From positions 4,341,910-4,405,909 of the forward strand of contig CM119271.1 of the NCBI GenBank assembly GCA_051294375.1: a DNA stretch of 64,000 nt, in the 5' to 3' direction. Shown one piece after another: positions 56,557 through 64,000 of this stretch (position 1 is the first letter of the stretch; each line of letters starts with the position of its first letter). Source of the stretch: Paraspadella gotoi (Eukaryota > Animalia > Chaetognatha). The notes under the pieces are model-generated. The model saw nothing but the letters and a program-made list of their open reading frames with translations, did no database searches and was not told where the DNA came from. Position numbers and translations under genes: made by a program.

Positions 56557-57935
56557 CCTGACGCAACGATGTCGAGTCGCGTCATTGATTTCAAAACCGG
56601 TGACGATAAAAAACGCGTTTCCGGCCCATTTAATCTTTTTTCCGCCGGATTTGCCGAGATTCTCCGGACAGCGACCGACCCGCTCCCACCGCCCGACTGT
56701 TATATTCTCATCTGCACGAGGAGCGATGGACGGGGAGAGCGCAGGGGTATTTCACTGCCTACTCGGCGGTAAAGACCGAAAGGCGCAACTCCTCGGTCTC
56801 AGATCGTCTGTCCCCATAGTCTCTCGATTTCCGTTCGTAACGTCGTCGTCGGCGTCGTCCGTCTGTCCGGGGGCCAACTATCAATTATACGTTCTCTTTG
56901 TCATTTTATTTCGCCAGTAATGATAAACCGCTGAAGACGCCGTCGTTCATCAAGTACAATGGCTTTAGGAAAAATACCGCTTGGATGTAAATCACAATCT
57001 TGTCTTGATAGCGCTTTCCTCTGGTTACATTACCGCCGGGATCGCACTATCAAATTCCTCTGATGATGTACCGCAATCAGCATCGCCGACGTCCGGCACA
57101 TAATTGAAGCTATATAGTAAAGTTTAATCGGACGTAGACCGTGGCGGTCATCTAATAAATTCAGAATCATGTCAACTAATTTTTATCCCAAATCTATACC
57201 GTACAGTTAATTATAACAAAATTGTCAAACATTTAACTCTGTTAATCTTGCTTTATTTGTCTAATGAATCTCATATTCAAAAATATTATTCTTCGCTTGA
57301 ACGTCCCGCTGCAATCATAGCCTCGATTTGCACCTCTCTCATCTTAAGTGGGAGGAAGTGTCAGTACCTGGCAGTGGCTATATGCATATTATTCACCTTC
57401 GGGTTAAAGAGCAAACTTGAACAAAAAACAGTAATTTGATACGGGAAGACCAAAGTCGCAAAGCTCTGGAAAACGAGACACGCCACTCTTGTCGACGCGC
57501 GCACAGCGAGGATGAAGCCATTCTCTTGTCAGGAGTATCACGAGTGAAGCACTTTGAAGGGAAATAGCCTAGCTGTCGGCATCAACTATTGTTTCGTCTC
57601 CGTTGACGCAATCGGAATCCGTCGGAGTCGCTGGTCTCAATTCTTCGATTTTCCTCAAAACCGCGCGAAACGTCATAAAACTCCTCGCGTTTTCCGGTCC
57701 TCCATTTAATCTTTATTTCTCTCCTCCTCTGACGCGATTTTCCTGCCTGATCGATCTTCTTCCCGGTCATCAGCTCCCGACCCGACCCTCGCCTTCCTTT
57801 CTCTCTCTCTCCCTCACCCGCCTCTCTCGCCTTGTCTTATATTTTCTCTCCTCGTTCGAATCTTCATCGGGGGAGAGTGACACATCAAATCACACTTGAT
57901 TATTTCTTGCTTCTCTCCTCCTCTCTTCTCCTGCT

Positions 57936-57973
<38 letters not shown>

Positions 57974-59281
57974 CCTCTCCTCTTCTCCTCTCTCGTAACT
58001 CAATGATAATGAAAGCGGCACGACCAGTGCAGAAGCGCTCAATCGTTCAACGCCAGTTTCTTTTTTGTGGAGTTCAGAGATTCTGCAAAAAAAATGTTTA
58101 TTTTGCTGCGAGTCTTTTATTTCTCCTCCATCTCTCCTTCTCTTCCTCTCTCTCTCTCTCTCCTCCTCCTCTCTCCTCTCCCTCCCCAAAGGATGCGTCG
58201 TCTCCTTACATCCGTCCCCCTGCCACACAAAGAAGCAGTTTTCTTAGCTTAAACGTCGTCCCATCCATCTACTTCTTACAAATTCCTCCCATCTTCTCTC
58301 TTCCTTCTCTTCCTTCTCTCTCTCTTTCTCTCTCTCTCTCTATCCTTCTCCTCTCCTCCTTCCACCTCTATACAATGACCCAGACAACGAACTTCCTTTC
58401 CGGATGATCAAAAATCGGCCAAGAGATCCTTACCTCCCTTTTAGTCCCTTACCAGGATAAGTAAACGGCATCCAAAAAAAACAAAAGAAGCAACCCACTC
58501 GGCGTCGCATTTGCTGTCCGAAATACCGAGTCTTCCCTCCCTCCCACCGCCTTCTGTGTCTTGATTTACCCTAAACGAGATAAAGCAGTGGCAAAAAACT
58601 TGTGCCGGTGTCACATATCCCGGTGAGCCCCGATTGGAATCTCGGTTCCATGGCTCTTAATTCGCGTCCCTCTTTGATCGAAGAATCATCTCACGGCGTT
58701 CNNNNNNNNNNNNNNNNNNNNNNNNNTACGTTGTTGAAACGAATATATTTTCTCGCTCGAATAGTTTCTTTTCAGTAATTAGAATTAGTAACTAATATTA
58801 TTTTCAAATTTTTCAGTGCGAAAGTCTTCCAGTTCGATCCCAAAAGAAAATTAGCATTATTATACTTAGAAATCTGTAATTTCTCCCTACATTTAGTTTC
58901 CGATGTTTCCGCGACAACAGTTACAACTTACTTACAAGGTCATCGACCGCCCATCTACAATTCTACATCCGTTTCTACTTTCAACTAATTCGTGTCCAGC
59001 GAGCACTCTTTATTTTTCAACACTTTCTTCTCTCTCACCTCTACTCTCAATACTTTCTAAAATCTGCCTTCCACCTTCGCCCCCAAGCTCCACCCGCTCC
59101 CCACCCTTCGACCACCTCGAAAACCCACATCATCCTTCAACCTTTGATTGAATCCGATTTTCGAGTCGAGGAAAACTTCCTCCTTTGTCCGTGCGTCCGT
59201 GCGTCCGTGCGAGAAACGATCAGAGTCGAACGATTTTCGCGAAACCGTTTCGCTGGTGCCGCTGTCTCCAAAGACGGCGCT

Positions 59282-59381
59282 CCGTTAATGGCGCCTGTCG
59301 GCCATTAATGGCGCCTGTTGGCCGTAAAAGGCGCCCGTTGAAATTTAATGACGCCTGCCGGCCGTTACTGGCGCTCCTTTG
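59282..59381 (+). repeat. 20-bp minisatellite (CCGTTAATGGCGCCTGTCGG)x5
   Basis: Five imperfect tandem units. Confidence 0.75.
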
Positions 59382-60024
59382 GCAGCCCCTGTTGACTGTG
59401 AATAGCCATTACTGGCAAGAGAGCCACAATCGATAATTGCTACTGTCAATGACTCTCTTAATTACAGCTTTTTTTATTACATTATTTCTGAATCTAGACA
59501 ACTAACGAAACGTTTAGTCACAAGGTTAAAGTACAACTTTAAGAATATGTTCTCTTTTCCCTTAAAAAAAAAAACCAAGTGTCTTTCACCTTTTGGGATT
59601 TCGTAATTACACTCTTTGATATTGCGAGTTGAAACGTGTCAACGCCGGATATAAATAGTGCCGAATGTGAGAGAGCGCCGGAAACGAAAGAGCGCCGAGA
59701 CAGAGGCAGCCACCGGCGTCGTTAAATCGCGAATCGCAAAGCCTCGTCCAACGATAGGATGCATCGAGAGGGCGCGAGAAGAGACCGAAAACGATCGGGG
59801 CGGACGCGCTAATTGGCATGGAAGGCGCCGGCGCCATCGCGATTGGCGAAGGAAGGTGAGCGGACCTTTAAATCCGCGGTGACCTGACTCACCCGACTCA
59901 ACGGCGCGGCGGGGGGGGGGAGGAGGAGGGGGGAGAATTGGGTGAGGAAAGAAAAAAAAAGGAAAAACTCAAGCGGCGAAGTTCGATGAAACTCGAGGAT
60001 CATGAAAAGAAATAGACGGTTATT

Positions 60025-60320
60025 CGGTGTTCAACGAAAACGGTTGATCTCCAATTGTGTTGCGCCGGAGCGACTTTATTTTCACGTGTATTTCCCATTG
60101 ATCGCATGATATGACATAACATGACATGAGTAAAAAACTTTCTTAGCCCTTGTGTTTATGACATGCACTAAATCTAGTCTTTTGTTCCTTACAGTTTTAG
60201 GATTTCCTGAAGGCGGCGCTGGCAGTCCCTTAGATTTGAATGTTGTTTTTTTCTCGTAACAAAAGAGCAACCAACTATAGACAGACAGACCGAAAAGTCA
60301 CTCGCGGTGCAACTAAAAAT
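60025..60320 (-). mobile_element. HINE-like element, family A
   Basis: Reverse complement of the 2443 and 48360 copies (TTTTAGGATTTCCTGAAGGCGGCGCT...CTCGCGGTGCAACTAAAAA). Confidence 0.72.
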
Positions 60321-60840
60321 TGGGAAGAGGGAGTGGAAAGATTGGTGGGAGAGAAGACGAGGGTGAAATTCGGGTGGCGTTGGCGGGGGGAAGGAATGGT
60401 GGAAAGGAATGGTGGGGGAAAGGAGATGTATATTAGATAGGGGGTGAAAGAAAATGGAGAGGGAACGCAGTCGCAGGGCGGCTTGTGATTAGTTGAAAAT
60501 GAGGATATCAGGGGTGTGGCGGTATTTTGGAAAAAGAAAAAAATAATAAATAAGGGGAGAAAGGCCAATTCATTTCTCGTTAGGAGCGACTGCCTTCTTC
60601 ATTTGCTCTCCCCAACTGCCCGCCCTTCCCTCTTCTCCGTTCTCATTTTCACTTTTTCGCCGTTAAAACCTTTTTAACACTCAGAACTCACTCTCTCTCT
60701 CTCACTCACTATCTCACACACTCTCTCTCTATTTTCGCGCGAAACTGTGAAACTTACTTTTTTCTTCTTTTCTCATCTTCGTTTCTCTGCGGAGAATTCC
60801 AGCTCTTTAGCCTCGTGGAAAAAAAGTGACTGGATTTACT

Positions 60841-60896
<56 letters not shown>

Positions 60897-61901
60897 GTTT
60901 TTCTCCCCTCCCGAGTTTCACAACATTTCATTCACGGTGAATGAACCCTTCCCCGAATCACTGGCTGCCGCTAATCCGGTTGTTCCGAATTTTTTTCCTT
61001 TTTCTCGCATTTTTTTTTCTCTCTCAGAAAAAAAAAAGTGTTGGGGCGGAAAAAATGAACGAAATAAAATAAAACGACAAGAGCTGTTTGTATTGTGAAA
61101 AAATATTCCAGAGATTCGTCCGGTTGAGTGGAGAATTGTAAATCTCGTCAACTGTCAGTATGTCTGTCTTTTTGGTCTGGCCCACTCTTCAGTGGATTTT
61201 TAAAATTTGTTTATCATGTCGAATGTTTTTTTAAAATTTTTTTGTAAATGGTATTTGAAAACTAGTGATATCTGAAAACTAGTGCAGAAAGTAATTGTTA
61301 ACCTTGTGTTGTATTTCCAGAAGACAACTCTAACATCTCTCTCCCCATTACATTATTAAATATGAAATGAATGATAATTAAATCTAACACTTATGTAATA
61401 TATATATCTATATCTTTTATATTCCTTTTAAAATTTAGTCTAATATAGTAAAACGAGTTAAGTAATCTTGAAATTTCATCTCAGCTTTAAGAGGACAACA
61501 AACTTATAAAGCCATAAAATGTTTTGGACAGACGCAGAAATTTTTCGAGATTCAAGGCTCCGAAAATTGACTGCGAAGTCTTAAGACGAACGAGAGGCGA
61601 TTCTAAAAAACGTGGGCGGAAGTGAGTGGTGAGAAGTGTGAGTGGTGATTGGTGATTGGTGAGTGTGATCGTGAGGTGGTGAAGATGGCTTAAGGGTCGG
61701 GGTAGTTTTAGGTTGGAGGATTAAATGGCGTCACATTTCGGTGAGAATCACAGGAGTGAAAGACCGGGACTCCTTAGGGGGGGGTCGTCGGAGCATTGGG
61801 GCATTGGAGCATCGCCCAATGCCCATGTTTCGGAGTCAATGGCCTCATATTTTTCGCTCGCGTTTGTTGACCAAAAAAACATAGAGACCGTGATTGTGTC
61901 T

Positions 61902-61934
<33 letters not shown>

Positions 61935-62272
61935 CGTCGTTCACGACCATAAAAGTTGTCGAGGGAAAAATGGGATTAGATTTGGCAGCGAGAAGAGAAA
62001 AAAAAAGGAGAGAACGAAGCCGAACGTGGGCGAAGTGGTTGGGCGCTTTGAAATGTGGACGAAGTAGTCGAGAGTGGTTTCAAGAGTGGTCGGGAGTGGT
62101 CGGAGGAAACTGTTTCGTGTAGTTGTCAACGCGCCAGTGGTTGAAATGATAACCGTGATTCGAGAATTGAAAATAAATTCACGTTATGTCGTTAGGAGAA
62201 GAAAAGTTTTGAATCGAAGAATGAAAATCCAGCGAGGGGATCCGACTTAGGAAAGATCGAAATTCGACCACG

Positions 62273-62870
62273 CCCTCTTCTTGAATGAGTTGCATCAGAA
62301 GCAAAGATGATCGTTGTTTTCGACTGATCTGTGGATTTAAGGTTATGATGTGGCTTGAGAATGCTTTAGCCCTCTCACCAGTAATGAAAAGATTAGGGGC
62401 TTGGAACCAGCCTAGGGGATTTTCCGATTTACGGCCGGCCCATAATGTTATATTTTGAAAAAGAGCCTCCAGGTTAACGCCCTGCTCCTTTCTCGGTCCG
62501 CCTATTTCGTTTACTCGATGCTGCTTGTAAGGTAGGTACAATAAGCCACAGGGTCATAAATGACGGTTCGTCGTCTATCAATCTTTGCCATGCCTGCTAC
62601 GGATCCTTTTGCAGGAGTTTTAATTTAGCAAAATTGTATTTAATGGTATTTATTGTATTTATTTGACGAAAAAATTTATTTATCGGACGCCAAAAATATA
62701 AGCTTTGCATCCAGGGTCGCCCTCCCAGTCCCTCATTCTCTTCCTCTTGAAGTTCCGAAAGATGATATATATGTCATCCGGGAAATCGGTCTCGCTAGGG
62801 CGAGAAAAAAGAGAGAGAAGCATCGTGTTTGTTTACATTCACTGGGTTCGTATCACGTGACAAAAAATAA
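62273..62870 (-). CDS. Exons of a divergent CUB-domain-like protein, with very short introns
   Basis: Exons ~62870-62843, 62794-62691, 62605-62565, 62523-62379, 62328-~62273 join in phase: FCHVIRTHETDFPDDIYIIFRNFK...GCKAYIF...NITLWAG...APNLFITDQSKTTIIFASDATHSRRG. This echoes the CUB pattern C-x-x-I / I-x-x-F-x-x-F / C / F-x-S-D...RG. Introns are 41-85 nt and one has a GC donor. Confidence 0.5.
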
Positions 62871-62947
62871 TCTTTCCGCCCCGGAGAAATTTAAGCGAAA
62901 GATAGGGAGGGGTGAAAAAAATGGAGGCGGGAAGGAGAGAGAGAGAG

Positions 62948-63001
<54 letters not shown>

Positions 63002-64000
63002 GAGAGACATTTGAGACACTCTCTTTCCCCCCCCTCTCGCTCTCTTGGCTCATTAATTCTTGTTTATGTTTTTTTTTTTGCCTCCTTGTCACGAGTAATT
63101 GAGCTCAGAAACGGAGCTAATCAACGAGGAGTGAGATGGAGTGGAGAAAGTGGGTTGTGGGTGGATGCGTGGGTGGTTAAAGTGTGGGTGGAGGTGAAAA
63201 TTAGAGTGGAAGTGTGAATATTGGTGGTCATCACAGAAGACAATTGCAGTACCTCGTCTTGTCTAATCTCACCTCTCCCTTTTTCTCTCCTCCTTTTCCG
63301 TTGATTTTTAAGGCTGGCAATTATTTAATTTAATTTTTAAATTTCGTTATATGATTTTCTCAAACTGAAACACGCCAGCCACTTAATTTATTTTCTCATC
63401 CTCGTAAAATCGAAAAAAAAAATCTCTATTATTCATCCCATTATTTTCTCCCTTAAAATAACCAAAAAATAAAAAAAATGTTCATTATTCATTCTATTTT
63501 TCTTTTCCAAAGTTAAGCCGATTCATTATTCATTCCATTTTCTCTCGAAACTCGATATACTTTATCCGTCTCTTTTAAAAACTGTGAGTAGTAAGTATAA
63601 TACTGTACAATTATATTTACGAAAACGACAGGGAAAAATTGTTGCAGCTGTTATTATGATCTTATTGTTGGTGTAAGTATTTCGTAGTAATAACTTTGAT
63701 TAAATTACACGAAGTCTTGGCAAAAAAAGTCACGAGCGTCAACGACAACGTTCGCCAACGGATGTTGCAAGTGCGACATCGCGACAGTGGGTGAAAACGA
63801 ACGAGCAAAACGTAAACGATACTTAGCGGTCCTTGACGACGACGACGAACGACGTCGACCCTAGACGAGTCAGTCCATCATAATAAAAAAGCATCCACCC
63901 ACCCGAGAATTAACGTTTTTGCTTTCTTTGTTTTCTTCCTTTCTCTCGCGATGTCATCAATCAAGAGTTAATAACTTACTTTTCCTTCATGCCAACCATG

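Noticed and set aside
56630-57105. Plus-strand exon-like segments
   Set aside because: Possible splice sites exist, but no unique phase-consistent model or recognisable product.
57364-57400. TACCTGGCAG resembling the U1 snRNA 5' end
   Set aside because: Similarity stops after ~10 nt; no U1 stem-loops or Sm site.
59282-59381. CRISPR-like array
   Set aside because: Head-to-tail minisatellite without unique spacers; eukaryotic context and no cas genes.

Overview
This is a repeat-rich window from a draft eukaryotic genome, probably an invertebrate animal. It has nine N-gaps, and several stretches next to gaps look like error-rich long-read fill. The clearest feature is an intact, very young Ty3/Gypsy LTR retrotransposon of the CsRn1/Kabuki/Boudicca clade on the minus strand (36381-42351). 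It has near-identical LTRs, a GATA target-site duplication, a CHCC gag, PR-RT-RH-IN pol, a G_GGA_AAC -1 frameshift site with a predicted pseudoknot, and an atypical DGGA protease motif. A related frameshift-riddled copy sits in a nest of LTR remnants at about 18.5-21.5 kb, which also holds a CCA-tailed tRNA-Leu 3' fragment flanked by 18-bp repeats. Manual exon chaining gives three host gene models the ORF track misses: a complete three-exon gene for a 146-aa secreted Cys-containing precursor (52317-52898), a CUB-like micro-intron gene (about 62.3-62.9 kb) and a multi-exon gene (8.7-16.2 kb) that appears to need non-GT (GA/GG/GC) donor sites. Two DINE-1/HINE-like non-autonomous families, a ~4.2-kb inverted duplication (probably an assembly artefact), a foldback palindrome and many micro/minisatellites fill the rest. 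All calls come from reading the sequence by eye; no database searches were run.
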